A stretch of 6,121 bases of DNA, taken from the NCBI RefSeq assembly GCF_004376175.1, contig NZ_SNUY01000003.1:2025-8145 (forward strand). The letters run 5' to 3'. This stretch comes from Halalkalibacterium halodurans. Lineage in GTDB: Bacteria > Bacillota > Bacilli > Bacillales > Bacillaceae_D. Positions 6,110-6,121 of the stretch are shown here, one piece after another. The number at the start of each line of letters is the position of its first letter. The first letter of the stretch is position 1. The position numbers and the translations under genes are program-made. The notes under the pieces are model-generated. The model was not told the DNA's origin, did no database searches, and saw nothing but the letters and a program-made list of their open reading frames with translations.

Positions 6110-6121
6110 GTGAACCGAACC

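Larger units (their letters stand above)
4850..6121 (-). mobile_element. IS200/IS605-family element (tnpB-bearing, IS1341-like); left end runs off the window, right end estimated at about 4846-4860
   Basis: The span covers tnpB and the structured 3' region. A GTTCGGTT hairpin arm occurs 4 nt upstream of the tnpB ATG (minus strand, 6120-6113). It occurs again about 110 nt downstream of the stop (minus strand, 4875-4868). This fits the related subterminal hairpins found at the LE and RE of this family. No tnpA is visible, but only 12 nt upstream of tnpB are in the window. Confidence 0.65.

Noticed and set aside
1-6121. Composite transposon or cargo island bounded by the two IS elements; CRISPR or tandem-repeat arrays
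   Set aside because: The two IS ends belong to unrelated families (IS256 versus IS200/IS605), so they cannot act as a composite pair. No spaced direct repeats or tandem arrays were found on either strand.

Overview
Low-GC, Bacillaceae-like segment with five coding units and the ends of two unrelated insertion sequences. All coordinates and translations were worked out by hand.

1. **1-207:** the outward end of an IS256-family IS. Its transposase N-terminus is on the minus strand and runs off the window start. This end abuts the signal-peptide codons of the next gene.
2. **130 (or 76)-1827 +:** a secreted cell-wall amidase with 3 SLH repeats, 2 SH3b repeats and an Amidase_3 domain, followed by a clean terminator.
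3. **1937-2293 -:** a decayed cation-diffusion-facilitator (CDF) gene with two frameshifts and a 3' truncation.
4. **2596-3504 -:** an intact CzcD-type CDF metal exporter with its own SD and terminator.
5. **3755-4528 -:** a polytopic Caa3_CtaG-family membrane protein with its own terminator.
6. **about 4850-6121 -:** an IS200/IS605-family (IS1341-like) element. Its tnpB is split by a 1-nt homopolymer frameshift. A run of six hairpins across and beyond the tnpB 3' end looks like the omega/reRNA scaffold.

I found no tRNA, rRNA, CRISPR array or long tandem repeat. I do not see a convincing novel multi-gene system. The points most worth a second look are the IS-to-amidase junction, the tnpB/omega-RNA module, and a hairpin motif shared by both ends of the tnpB element and the czcD terminator.
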